In this document: positions 47,761-60,441 of the stretch, piece by piece
Numbering within the stretch: the first letter of the stretch is position 1
How the letters are laid out: every line of letters starts with the position of its first letter
Assembly: GCA_023213395.1 (NCBI GenBank)
Contig: CM041465.1
Span: 147,505,741 to 147,569,740, forward strand
Length of the DNA stretch: 64,000 nucleotides
Direction: 5' to 3'
Source: Cycas panzhihuaensis
Taxonomy: Eukaryota; Plantae; Cycadophyta
The notes under the pieces: generated by a model
Seen by the model: only the letters and a program-made list of their open reading frames with translations
What the model was told of the DNA's origin: nothing
Databases searched by the model: none
Position numbers and translations under genes: made by a program

Positions 47761-50700
47761 GCTTTGCCATCGAATCATATTTTAAAGTGACGCTTGTTGT
47801 TTCCTCTTGATAATACGAGGATATTATAATCATCTATTTTGTGTCTTTATGTTGTAATTCTTGGAACTTTGAGTAGATCCTTGTATAGGAGCAAATCTTG
47901 ATAGGCTTCTGTCATTGTAGACCTGTAAGTGCTATTTAGTGGTTGCTACTCTAAAGATTATTGGATATTCCTCTGTGTCTATTTATTATGCAATCATTGC
48001 CAAGGAATCTTCCATTTGATTCTAGTCTCGTATTATAGATATGTGCTTACTTGAGATTTGTCCTTTGTTATTATTTGGCTAATGTTATTTACTAGGGAAG
48101 CCAATACTAGCCCTACTTCTTTCAAATATCAAATTGTTGAATTGCATGTTATATTTGACTCTTTATTTATAAAGATTTGCCAGGGAGTATTTTCTTTAGG
48201 CCTAGTTCATTTATTATACTCGATTTGGCTATGAGACAAGATTGTTATCCTTAACATTAGGAGTATTTTAGGATGATCTTCATTGGTTTTATTATCATTA
48301 CTTAGTATATATTTTTCTGAAGTTGTTGTTCTGTTTTTGTTATTTTCTAACATGAGTATTTCCTCTCGTTGATTTGCCATTCTATTTCCTATTTATAGTT
48401 TTTCTTGTTCTGCATAAGTCTTCACTAGTTCTTCATAACATTCCTCCATGTCGATTAGAGGGATGTCTTTCATTGCTAACACATACTTGTCAAATGAATA
48501 TATATCTTACTCGGGTATCTAGTCGTCTAAGTACTCGAGATATGAGTCCTAGGCATGTCTCATTTTCTTAAGTGCTTATGCATATGTTTGGCCTTACTAA
48601 CTTCATTGTCAATCAACTTGTAGATAGGTGATCCACATTCATATAACACATAGTCATAGAGGTTTCTTTATGCTTTGTAATATTCAAGCTCTTCCATATA
48701 TTCTATATATAATTAATCGCATTCTTGTTTATAATTTACTTGCTTATTGGATGTTAAATACAACCTTGGATTTGCCTTTGTGCATTTAATATTCATCACA
48801 TGTGACTATGTTTTGGCCCTTACATGTTCTTCTCTTATTTTTTGAAGCTCAAAGATCTAGACCAATATCTTTGCTTGATCCTATGCATGATGATCCTGAA
48901 TTACAATATTGTTTATTCTTGTCTCAATCTCATCACTCGACATTGTCTTAGATCCAATATCTTTAATAGTATAGCATGCGCCAATGGAAATTAATGCATG
49001 GTTCCTGCTTATTGTGAATCTTGTGGTTATATGCTAAGTGGTGATGTCTTATATAAATTGTACCCAAAATTCCTGTAATAACTATGTTTTGTTAGTTAGG
49101 AAGTGATTGATAATGATAGGTTTGTGGTGTAGGGTAAGGTCTTTTCCTTAATAAATTATTGCTAGGGAACTCTAAGTTAATCACTTAGAGAATTGTATAT
49201 ATATAGTGCATTCATTACTACAAGGGTTTATATAAATTTTTATGAGTTGTAGTAGTATACTAAACTAGTATATATGATCAATTAATTTTTGATTAATAAT
49301 TGATATTCTTAAGGAGAGGACATTCCTCTTCAGGAAATAATATTCTTTTTAAGGTACAATACACTTCTTTAATGGGGAAAACGTTCCTTCGTTAGGAAAG
49401 GAATATTCTTTTTGGGTGGAGGGGAAATTATTTCCTTCCCCACTAAGGTTATGACTTTAAGAGCTTTCATTATTATTATTATTTAAAAATCTCAATTTTG
49501 TTTTACTTAGTGGAGAGGCAAAAATGATTGTGATGTTGCAAACTAGCCTACAACAACTTTAAGTACGTGGAGGCTTAGAGATGACATGGCTTAATGGTGT
49601 GCTTCAGTGGTAAGCTTTCGCCTTTGTCTATTTATTTCAGTCATTTATTTTGCTAGTTTTATTTCCTTTTCTTTCTTTTTTCTTTTTTTCCCTTTAATTG
49701 ACATTATGAGGGTAGCACGACAATGAGAGAGCACATGACCAATTTGGAATTCATTATAATTGGCTTATTATAACCTTGGGGAATTAAATGGGTGACACGT
49801 TAGTAGGTTACAAGAATCAATTACTTGTAGGAATGACTTGTAATCTAAAGAACTTGGACGTTAATATGCATCTAGAGATAGTGAATGCAGATAAAGGGTT
49901 GGCAGCTGCACTCATAGGCAAATTATTATTGCGTAATATGCCTAATATGGCTAAACATGATGAATAGTAGACGATGATGAGTGAGGTTTGGTAGGGCATG
50001 CTCTAATTATATTTTTATTATTAACTTATTTATTTATTTCCCCCTTAGCTTTTACTATCTTGTATTACTATGTGTATATGTTGGTGTTAAGGTTGGCTAT
50101 TAGCATTACTTGCATGATCAAATTGACTTATAATTACTTAATGTAGCCTAGGCCTATAGTTATGACAATTTAAATTATCGTAACTAGACTTTGGAGCAAT
50201 TTTGTGATGTAAGAGGTGGTAATTTTTCATCTGAAGTTAGTAAAATGATACCCATATACATGACTGCAATCTTGGCTAACACTTGGTGCCACCTTCCGCT
50301 ATAATGTTAGAGGAGATCGCTGCTGGAAAGCTTGCTTGTTGCATATGTCATGCCTAGACACAAGATTGTAGGAGATGGTGAGTAATTCAAATGAATGGAT
50401 GAATATACAAGCTATTATTATTATTTTTCCAGGGCAAATCATTACTCTAATACCACTTATTGTGATCCTTACGAGTCACAATGGAAAACTAAAGTGCAGA
50501 TGGTTAATTTAGGAGGACCATTCTCCAAGGTTATGCCAAAGTGCCTTGTAAGTGTTCAAAGACAACTATATAGTTGATTAATTAATAATTCAATGGTATT
50601 AAGTAACAATATCATACACATTTATATGCGTTATAATGTCCTTTCATAGGCAGATTTAACCTATCACTGTGCCCTTTTATAATAATTATTTAATATCAAT

Positions 50701-52899
50701 TAGGGTTGTAACAACTTTGATGCTATAATTTGTAATCATAGAAATTTACTTTTGGATAGTAGCTGCATTTATGTGATATTTATTACTAATGTTGTGGTTT
50801 TGTAATCCATTTATAGAGATACAATTCATCATTAGATTATGGTGGGTTTGAGAGGTCACCATTTTTTTATTATAAGAATATATCCTTTCTCCAATTAATA
50901 AAATCATTATTTTAGAGGATAATGCTTGATAGGATTGTAAGAAATCACATGAACTATTTGGGCTTAAGCTAATAAGGTTCTATCAAGTCAAGAACAAGCC
51001 CACTTAAAGCCAACAAAAGTCAAGCAAAACATTAACATATGGGCAAGAGCATTGGGAGATGCAACAAACCACAACATAAGGAATAGAGGAATTATTGCAT
51101 CTAACAAAGACATTGCTATGAAAAATTATGGTAAGGGGTTGGTGAAGAATTGGAGGGCATGGAGCTTTGTTGTATGACTATTGATAGTGGCAACAAAGAC
51201 AAACATAACAACTATAACTTTGTGTTGGATGGAACATTGTATAAATTGCTACTTAAACAAGTGCATTAAATGCATGTTGCTTATTAGCCATAGCCAAAAA
51301 ATAGGCCAAGGCACTTCATAGTCATAAAAAATGCATAATTGAGTATCAAGTTATGACAACCCTTGAAAGTAAAATACATATCTACCTTTAAGCACTTCAT
51401 AACTAGGAAGAGTTATAGGTGAGTGTTGGGTGGTCACTGCTTAAAAGTAGAATGTATAATTGGCTCTAAATCCTGATCATAAAATATTTTTCAACGACGA
51501 GTGTTTAATGGGAAAGAATAAAAAAGGTTGAATGATCAATATCACCCATGTATCACATGATGCCTTTATGAAGATTCTAACTTGCTTGTACGAGTGTCCC
51601 AATGGGTTTTTACTTTCTATCATGGCTTCATTGCATTGCTCTATTTCGATACCAATGACACTATTTGACTTATTATGTGAAATATTTTTTAAAAACTTAA
51701 TTTTTACACAAAAATGAGATCAAGTGACAACTTGAAGAAAAGTTTAATGTTCTTTCAGTCAATTCCTTATTATAACTACATTCTTATGAGAAATGATTCC
51801 ATTAACTTTCATTTCCATTAGATAAATTATACATTGGCAATGTTACTTTTAAGATATGTCATATACACCAAAGTTTAGATTGTCATTCTTATTCCATAAG
51901 AGACATAAATTTTCTTTCCGTCTCATCCCAAGAGTGAGGACAAACAATTAATGGCTAAAGGAGTGTCAATTTAGTACATTGTCTCTATCCATAAGCTATT
52001 GGTGTAAAACTTTGCCAAACCCTATGTAAAACATAAGTCAATAGGGACAACATATGGCCTTGCCAACAAAGAATTTAAATAGTAACAAAATGGTCATTCC
52101 TCCAATGGAAAAAGAGGCTAGCTTACAAATAAGAGCGATTGCATGTTCTTTAACAACCACTACATGTCACTTGGTAGTGTTCCATGTCCAACCTATATAT
52201 ATATATATTGTTTACTAACTTTTTGGTCATTGTCTTTGTGTATGACTTGTTAATCTCAAGGCTTGTCTAAGGTGATGGATATGATATAATTATTATTTTT
52301 AAGATTATAATGGCATTGTGGGAAAGCAACACTCTCTTCTTATGCTATTCTTTTAGGGAATTTTATGGAATGATACACTGGATTCTTCACCTTAAGAGGA
52401 TGCTTATTTTCCCCTCTTAAGGATTTGAATTGTATTAACAAAATCTATGAATTATAATCACCTCTCAACTAATTTCCTCCTATAGGAGTATCTTTTGTGA
52501 TAAGGTGATTGAATCATTTGAAAATGATCCATATGTCTTATTCTCAAAAAGGGAATTTTGAAACAAGAAACAAAAACATTTTAAAGAATAAAAAAAAAAA
52601 AAAAAAAAAATTGGTTGAAAGCTACAAAAGTTAGAGACATCGAGACCAAAAACTGAGTAAATATGAGTGGACTCGAGGGAGTGACAATGAGGGAAGGACA
52701 AAAATTATATAGTTTGCATTAAAAGAGAATCCAGCATTAAAAGGAGTATTTTCATATGCATGTGGTGGGTTTTGGGAAACATTCGTTTTAAAAGAAATAC
52801 ATCATTACCTGCTGGAAAGGGTATAAACCCCTTATTTTCGTGGCTTATTCGGCACATCCGAACTCAAACTGTCTTTTGGACAGAGGAATGGAAGCATAT

Positions 52900-53703
52900 A
52901 ACCCTTGTAGTGTATTGGCGCCTCAAGTCACCGTCATCTTCAAACGAAGTGCATCATTGGTACTACATTCCACCTTTATACACACATTCCCTTTCCATCA
53001 CGTTGAAACACTAGCAGTGTTTTCAATGATTATCCCATTATTCAGAATTGTGTTATTATTTACGTTCGACGTTCCCGCGGAAACGCTCTCGCGACACTAT
53101 TAACCAGCGTAATAGTTCACATCCGCTAAATACCCTCTATATTCGTGCCTCCGCGCCGCCAAAATAACGGGACTCTGGATTTGACGTCACCGATAGCAAA
53201 TAGAGGAGTGTAACTAAAGCCAAATTGAGATGGGTTTAGGTCTAATAACCAGATGTAGCGCAGCTAAACTAAACTGGCTGGAGGCGGTATTCGTCTTTCC
53301 CTCTTGGTCTGCATCCCGGGCCTGCATTCGTGATGTTGAGCTACGATTGAAGGCGAAATTATCCCAGCACGGGTTTTCGGAGGGTTTTCCAGGGCATGGA
53401 CCTCGAATTCTGGGCGTCCTATTGGCCCCGGTGGCTGGTTCGAATCGTGTGCACTCCTTGAAATGCATTTAGAATGGTGGAAATCTTGGCAGTCGGAGGC
53501 GGAAAAGCACTACGAGTTTTGGATGTGTTCGAGAAAGCTTTGAGCTAGGGTTCGGAGTTTCTTTTTAGGATGTATTTTGCGAGCTTCTTCAACCTTGATT
53601 TGACTTAGAATGCGAGGTCGAGAATTCGAAACCTGTAAGAGTTTCACTTTCCGGTTTGGCTATTGAAGAATCGTCGCAATAAAGGGTTGATTTAATTGCA
53701 GGC
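52900..53703 (+). promoter_or_regulatory. CpG-rich promoter/5' leader of the PHD gene with TGACGTCA (53182-53189) and E2F-consensus sites (52914-52921; 53156-53163 on minus)
   Basis: CpG content rises abruptly compared with the surrounding TE DNA. The motifs are read directly; function is inferred. Confidence 0.5.
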
Positions 53704-53751
53704 ATGGGGTTTGTCAGGGAAAAGAAGCTCCTACCCGGAGAGGAGGTCGAG
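53704..53751 (+). CDS. Coding exon 1 of the IDM1-like gene (MGFVREKKLLPGEEVE)
   Basis: ATG at 53704 and donor GAG/GTAAAT; it completes the Agenet motif LxxGxxVEVR with exon 2. Confidence 0.8.
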
Positions 53752-56700
53752 GTAAATTTCTCGTATCTCTCTTTGCTTACCGTGCCTTCAGTTTTATTCG
53801 TTGCTTTTTACGGCAAATTTGTGTTAATTTGATCGAATAATCATGGATACCCCGTGCTGGTTATCTTAAACTAAGTTGCAGCAATACTGCTGCAAATGGT
53901 TCATTACATTCGCGCAGCATTGTTACTGCAATTTAGTTTGACATAACTCTGGCTGCGGGACTCTTGTATTTTTCGGAGCTCCGCAATGCGTTATGTTACA
54001 TTACAATGTGAAAAGGAATTGCAAATTTGAGCTGCATTATGGTGTATTTCATAGCATGCATACGCTAAACCTTTAGGGTACATGGGAGTTTGTTGGGAAA
54101 CTAGGGTGTATTAAAAAACACGATTTTCTGTCAGGTCCGACAACACGAGGAAGGGTTGCGAGGATCATGGCATGCCGGAGTTGTCATTGAAGCGAAAAAA
54201 TTATGTCGTTTTGTTGAGTATAAGGAGCTTCTGAGCGAAGATCATAATTCAAAGCTTATAGAAAGCATTCGAGTTAGGAAAATTGTTGAAGGTTGGGCTA
54301 GTGGATTAAGTAGCAGTAAAAAATATAGGGGTTGTATTAGACCCTTGCCACCACCTTTGGATATTTCATCACAGAAATGGAGTCGGGGACTCTGTGTGGA
54401 TGCCCTTTATGAAGATGCATGGTGGGAGGGTGTGCTTTTAGATGGTGTGGAAGAGTCCGAAGAAAGTTCAATTTTCTTTCCAGATGAGGGAGACGAGCAG
54501 AGAATTCATGTTAAGAATTTACGAGTCACTCAGGATTGGGATGAAACTGAGGGAGTTTGGAATGTTCGGGGGCATTGGATATTGGCTGGCGTGTTAGAAA
54601 AATTCGAGGGAATAGGTTTATCTATTAAGGAAGTATGGTATCATATAAGGCAAAAGGATGATTTTTTGCATAGAGTGGGGGAATGGACTGTTGGAGAGCA
54701 AAATTTGTGGCTTAAGTTTGTTAAGGAAGTTATTCGGGAACATGTCCCCCGACCTGTAAGACAATTGGTGGCAGGTGTAAGTTCGACTGCAAAAGAATTG
54801 AAATTAGCTTGGAGATGTTGGAACAGAAGGAAAGCTAAGGGGAGCTCACCGTCCCAGGATTCCAGTGTGTCTTTGGGTTCCAGTCTATCTCAAGAGTTAG
54901 CAGGGAATGAGGACTCTGAAAGGCCCAGAGATTCCACTGGGGCTCAAGGATCCAAAATAGCTAGAGACTCCTGTGGGACCGAAGGCTCTAAAAGGGCCTT
55001 AGATTTGAATGAGGCCCGGAATAGTATACTGGCTTTAGCATCCATTGGGGCAGATTTCAAGGATTCAATAGACAGCAGTAGAAGCAAAAAATCATGGGAG
55101 GCCCCAACCAGAGGGGCAGATTTGAAGGATGGAATAGGCTGCGTTACTGCAGAATTATTTGTGGCTCCAGCCATTGGAACAGATTTGAAGGATTTAACAT
55201 ATTGCAGCGACAGTGGCAAAAAGTCATTGAAGGCCATTGTTGGACTAGCAGACATGAAGGAACATGCAGATTCCATTGACAGAAAATTATTTGAGGATCC
55301 AGTCAGCAGGGCCAATTCGAAGGATCTAATGGGTTGCATTGACAGAGAACTATCTGTGACTTCAGCTAGTGGGGCAGATTTAAAGGATCAAACTGGGTGC
55401 ATTGATAGAGTATTGTCTGCCAGTTCAGCCAGTGACGCAGTTTCAAAGGTTCAAATGGAGACCAGTGGCGGAGTGCCATGTGAGACTCCAACCGGTGGCA
55501 CAGATTTTAAAGATCAATCACAGTGCATTGGTAGTGTATTTTCTGAAACTCCAGCCTGTGGGACAGTTTCAGAGGATCGAATTGACCGCATAACTTGCGA
55601 TGAATTATCTCAAGTCCCTGCCAATGAGCTTTCGAGCGAATGCAGATCTCTTGCTTTAGCCATTCATGGAAAACCTCTACGGCGACACACTCTAGCACAG
55701 CAATCAATTCCATTACGGGAACCACCTGCTGAGGGGATAACTTTTGATTCACAGTATTGCCCTACTGCAGCTCTTAAATACAATCTCACCTTAAAGAAGG
55801 GTTCTGCTCGACAAGCTCGTTCGAAAGCGAAAATGCATCTTCTAGCTGTGGGATGGAGAGTTGTTGTTAAACCTCGCAGAGGGAGGTATGATGTACGCTA
55901 CGTTTCACCCACAGGTCAGAATTACTATTCTCTTATGCAAGCTTGCCTAGCATGGAAGAAAGAACAGATTGTTCAGGGGTTGACAGAAGGGAATTGTGAC
56001 AATGACAAGGAGGCAGAGCAACCAAGAAAATGTATTCTTGGAGAGGACCCAGATGCCAATCCTGAATCTCTCCCCCTACAGAAAACTACGGTTAAGGTTG
56101 CTAGAAACTTGTCATCTTCAGGTGGCGAGCATTTGAAGAGGTCAAATAGATTATGCAGCTCCTTAGAAGAAGCAAAATGTGGGTCCAACAATGATGAAAT
56201 AGCTGAACATCCCTTGAAAAATGGTAAAGGACTAAAACAGCTAGAATGTGGGCGTCAAAGGTCCCATGAGCGGGACAATAAGAAGCGAAATGCCCCATGT
56301 GAGGTGTTTCCTGTCTCAGAAAAGATTTCTAGGGCAAAGGTTTGTGGCATTCAGCCACAGTGCTCCGATCGGGAAATTGGGACAAGAAATGCAAGCACAG
56401 AACAACCAAAAATTGAAAATTCTAAACAAGATCCAATATGTATTTCTGGATTTAGCAGTAGAAGGCGAAAGCCCAGTTTAGAGGAGCCGCTTGAAAATCA
56501 GAAGCGGAAAAAGGGGAAAGCTAGCAGACTTTTTCTGAAAAGAAAGGGCAAATCTGCCAATGGTTACCGAATGCAGGTACTGCTTTCCACTCCAGGAAAA
56601 TCGAAGGATTCATCTTCAAGCACAGGCAAGCGGACTGTTCGATCTGTTCTGTCCTGGATGATAGAGAATGGCGTGGTTGCTCAAAATCAGAGAGTATTTT

Positions 56701-59700
56701 ATTGGAACAGAAAGGATAACTGTCCACAGGCAGAGGGTTGGATAACATGTGAGGGAATTGTGTGCTTATGTTGTAAAAAGGTGTACAGTCTAACTAACTT
56801 TGAAGTTCATGCTGGGAGTAGGCTTCACCGACCATCTGCAAACCTAATATTGGAAGATGGTAGATCTTTGCTTCAATGTCAGATGCAGGTATTGGATAAT
56901 AATAACAGGTCAAGAGGACGTAAAGGTCCATCAAGAGAGAGGAGGAAGAGAAAATCTCTTCTATTTGAAAGTGATGACATTTGCAGCATCTGCCATGTCG
57001 GTGGAACATTGATATTGTGTGATCATTGCCCATCATCATTTCATTTAGAGTGCATTGAAATGGAGGTATGCTCAATTGTAGTTTGCCATCTAATTCTTAT
57101 TAGTGTTTGTTTGTTAAACGATATTGAGTTTGTTTATCAGCATATTTGTTTTACGCAACTTGTCTATAGATAGTGTGCATTTATATTTTGCATAGGTAGT
57201 TCATGGTCTGGGCCATTTGTGTTTGTATGCCATGCTTAATCACCAACTGGGTTTTGGTGGGGTGGGGGGAGGGGAGGGAATGGATGCATCCAAAATTGTA
57301 TGTCTGTCTAAAGTTGGCTTCACCAGGGGGAATGAGTGCATCCAATTTGCACACAGGTCAGATGGAAAAGTGTAACATCATTCTGATAAGCAAGGTTTGA
57401 TAACATATCAATCACTGATTGAATAAACAAAATTTCAAAATACAATGATCATAAATATAATAACCAAAAAGTATCGAAGACAATGCTTGTGGAATATCAA
57501 AGAATAAAACACTAAAATGATATGCAATTTGGCTTTCTCTATCTAATGATTTCTCATCCTTCTCCTCTTGGGAACTAGCAATGCTTTGAATGTATTGGTT
57601 GTGATTGTCATCATTGTCATAACAATCCTCTTCAAGCATATCTGCATCTTCACAATCAATGTCCTCTGCCTCATTGAATGAAGGATCCTCAATAGGGGGC
57701 AGATCTGCAAGGTCGCCATTAATTTCATTGCTTATCTGATCCAAATAAATATCTTTTATTCATGTCCCATTCTGATAAGGGGCCCTGCTTGTGTCCTTAC
57801 ATGATAATACTCTCAGGCTGCTATGAATGCACACTAAATTTGCTGCTCTCTTTGATTATCTCTCTCTCTTTTTTTTTTTTCCTCCTCCTTGGTTGAATGA
57901 ATGAAATCATATGCACTTCAATTCCTATCATACGCAGAGGAACTAGATACTTGAGAGTGCAAGTATGTAGTTAGACATTTCAACTCATGTGCATGTATGC
58001 CCTACAGTTCCCACCAATCTACAGATATTTCAATGTTTAACAAATTAACACTTCTGTAGTGCCAAATTCATCACATCTGCCAACAAAGTGCACAGCATGT
58101 GTTATGACTGTGGTGGCTTCTTTTTCTCTTCTACATATTTGTTTATGCCTTTCGTAAGCCCATGTGCCATCTCTAAATCTTTAGAGGGAATCCTCCCCTT
58201 GGAGACGGTGTATTGCTTTGTACTCAGTGCATAGGCCCCCATGTGAAATGGCAGTCTTAGTCAATTCTATAGTCTGTGAATCACCTTGTGCAATCTTGTC
58301 TGCATATCAAGATATTTCTGATTAACAAATTTTTGGATCTTCTCCCATAGAATCTATGCCCTCAGTTTTCTCCCAGGCAAGTACTATTTTTGTGAGCAAA
58401 GCACAACATATGACTAATGGTTTCAGTGAAATCAATTACAAGTTGTGCCTCATCCCAAAAAACAGTGTCTGGAATTTTTGTCTGCAGTTGAACTATTCAC
58501 TCCAATCCCATCCACATCACCTTTTTCTCTGAACTGTGGCATGTAATGTATCCTTTATCTCAAGCAATCGATGAAGAAGGATGTAATATGAGGCAAATTT
58601 CGTGTATGCAATATTTGATGACATTTTCAAAAACCTGAAATGTTTCTTCATGTTTACAAGAAAAAAATTTGCCATCTCCAGGCTATTTTCAGAACTTGGG
58701 TGGGCCCACATGGAAGATGGGACCATTAAACACTAATTAACGGACAAACATGAAAATTTTGTGTATGTTTTCATACTTGTCATATTTGACTATGCATATA
58801 TATATTTTTCTAGTACTTAGGTGCATGATTTACGCATGCACACATATACATATGCATATGACATATGTATATGAAACATGGAAACATCAAATTTAGGGTT
58901 TTCAAAGGCGCAAAATAAATATTAAAAAAGAGAAAAACATGCATTCGTGCATTCCCCTTTGACAACCCTAATTTTGATGTTTCCATGTTTACTAGATTTT
59001 TGAAAATTGATGTTCCCTGTTTCCGTTTCCACATTTTCGCATTTCTGACAACTCAGCGCACCATTTTTGTATGTGTTTGATAGATAGTTTGTTCCCAGAG
59101 ATGGTTGCAAATGAATATTTAGATATTCATCTTATGTGAAATTATCTATTAATCTTAAGAAATTTGTCTATGCCCATTAAAACATGGTTCAACACATGGA
59201 CATAATGAAGTGTCCAGTAGATGTGCCTTTATTTGTTTCAAACGATTTGCAGTCTTGCAAATTGATGCTCCATTTATGATCACTTGGACAAGATTGAAGG
59301 CTTAATTTCTTTGGTAGCAGAAATCAATAATTCACTTTGAAGCATTTGCATTCTCCACCTGCCCTTGTGCAATCAATAGTTCTTGAAAAATATGGTCATG
59401 TACATGAAGAAACTCATTAAAACTAATGATTACATGCAACTGTTGATAGCATCGTTAGATGAAGAGGGCCAAAATAAACTAGAAAGCGTGGAAGGAGCCA
59501 AATCAATAGCAAAATCATTTTTTTCCCTTTATTAAACAGAGGAAGAAGGGGAAAAAATTGTGCCATAATGTTATGCCATTTTTAAACAAATGGCAGGAAA
59601 AAGAAATAAGCCGTTTCCAAATTGACAAGGTCTTGTCAATTTAGAAATTGATTAATTGTTGCCATTTAATTAAGATGGCAAGATTTTGACCCAATTCTTG

Positions 59701-60441
59701 CCATCCTCCCCCTATCTGGAATGGGGAAAAGTAATCATGCTCTTGATTCTTTTCTTGTTTATTCTTCCATTCCTTGTTTTTAATTTTGGTTTTTGCCATC
59801 TAGTGGTGCTGTCATCTTACAGTTGCATTTAGCTATTAGTTCTAATGAGTCTCATCCTTTTAGCTTCTTACCAATTGTGAAGAACTGATTTTGAATTGGT
59901 GTCTTCCTGTTCAGGAGCTTGGCCAATCGGGTGCAAAGTTCAAATATATAAATTAATATTTAGTCATTGGGTTTACTGAATTTCATCTACCCACTTAATT
60001 CTTGACTTTGAAGAATCAATTAATGTTTTCAAACACCCAGTCCCCCCCTAAAGAAAAAACTATTTAATGGGTATTGTCAAGGTGTGAAGCTCTAATATCA
60101 AATTAAATTCTGGTGCAGGAGGTTCCTGAAGGAAATTGGTATTGTCCAAGTTGTCGCTGTGTTTTATGTGGGCGGAGTGAGTTCAATGGTGATGGAGAAT
60201 GTTTCACAGAGATGACTGTTTTGTTTTGTGATCAGTGCGAGTGTCAATGTAGGATTCTGTTCCCAATCTTCATATCAAGCATTATTCTTCTTAAATTTGA
60301 TTATTGTTTATTCACCCAATTTGCAAATTTTAACGATGTGTTTTCTCTGCAGATCATGTGGGGTGTTTATATGAAAGAGGGATGGCTAAAATGGACTCTT
60401 GTCCTGAAGGCAATTGGTTTTGTAGTAAAAAATGTTCAGAG
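53704..60441 (+). CDS. Agenet/Tudor + MBD-like + Tify-like + PHD-finger protein of the IDM1 (Increased DNA Methylation 1)-like PHD/GNAT family; join(53704..53751,54135..57065,60119..60248,60353..60441,...), 3'-incomplete
   Basis: GT-AG introns keep the frame throughout. Agenet: EVE|VRQHEEGLRGSWH and VDALYEDAWWEGV. MBD-like: AKMHLLAVGW..RYVSPTG..YYSL. Tify-like: EGIVCLCCKKVYSLTNFEVHAG. PHD: CSICHVGGTLILCDHCPSSFHLEC..VPEGNWYCPSC. Second Zn finger: CDQCECQYHVGC..WFCSKKC. Confidence 0.9.
54135..57065 (+). CDS. Coding exon 2 (977 codons): Agenet domains, internal repeats, MBD-like, Tify-like and first half of the PHD
   Basis: Acceptor TTTTCTGTCAG/G and donor GAG/GTATGC; the frame is open throughout (ORF 54156..57173). 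Confidence 0.93.
54855..55625 (+). repeat. In-frame coding tandem repeats in exon 2: ~5 x 36 nt followed by ~9 x 63 nt
   Basis: Units such as RDSTGAQGSKIA / RDSCGTEGSKRA and GADLKDQTGCIDRVLSASSAS; GGGGCAGATTT(G/C/A)AAGGAT recurs at the DNA level. Confidence 0.85.
57540..58740 (-). pseudogene. hAT-superfamily transposase relic (C-terminal dimerisation region) in intron 2
   Basis: Minus-strand HMGAYALS, SQVSSSSAYDRN*SAYDFIHSTK, RAANLVCIHSSLRVLS..GPLSEWD, then an acidic tail (ORF 57412..57744). This matches the hAT consensus SSSxCERNWS..FIHSKKRNRL..LVYVHxNLRLL. Confidence 0.8.
60119..60248 (+). CDS. Coding exon 3 (EVPEGNWYCPSCRC...CDQCECQ)
   Basis: Acceptor TGCAG/G and phase-1 donor T/GTAGGA; completes the PHD. 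Confidence 0.9.
60353..60441 (+). CDS. Coding exon 4 (YHVGCLYERG...WFCSKKCSE)
   Basis: Acceptor TTTTCTCTGCAG/A and donor GAG/GTAATT; phase matches exon 3. Confidence 0.9.

Noticed and set aside
52589-52610. Poly(A) run as a SINE/LINE tail
   Set aside because: No recognisable element body, Pol III boxes or TSD.
54998-55015. LDLN as an EAR repression motif
   Set aside because: It lacks the DLNxxP proline and falls inside a degenerate repeat.
57066-57173. C-terminal VCSIVVCHL... of the 1005-aa ORF and its TTG start at 54156
   Set aside because: This is read-through into intron 2; the PHD is completed by exon 3 at 60119, and the N-terminus comes from exon 1.
57412-57744. Acidic 110-aa minus-strand ORF as an independent antisense gene
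   Set aside because: It is the acidic tail of the hAT transposase relic immediately upstream on the same strand.
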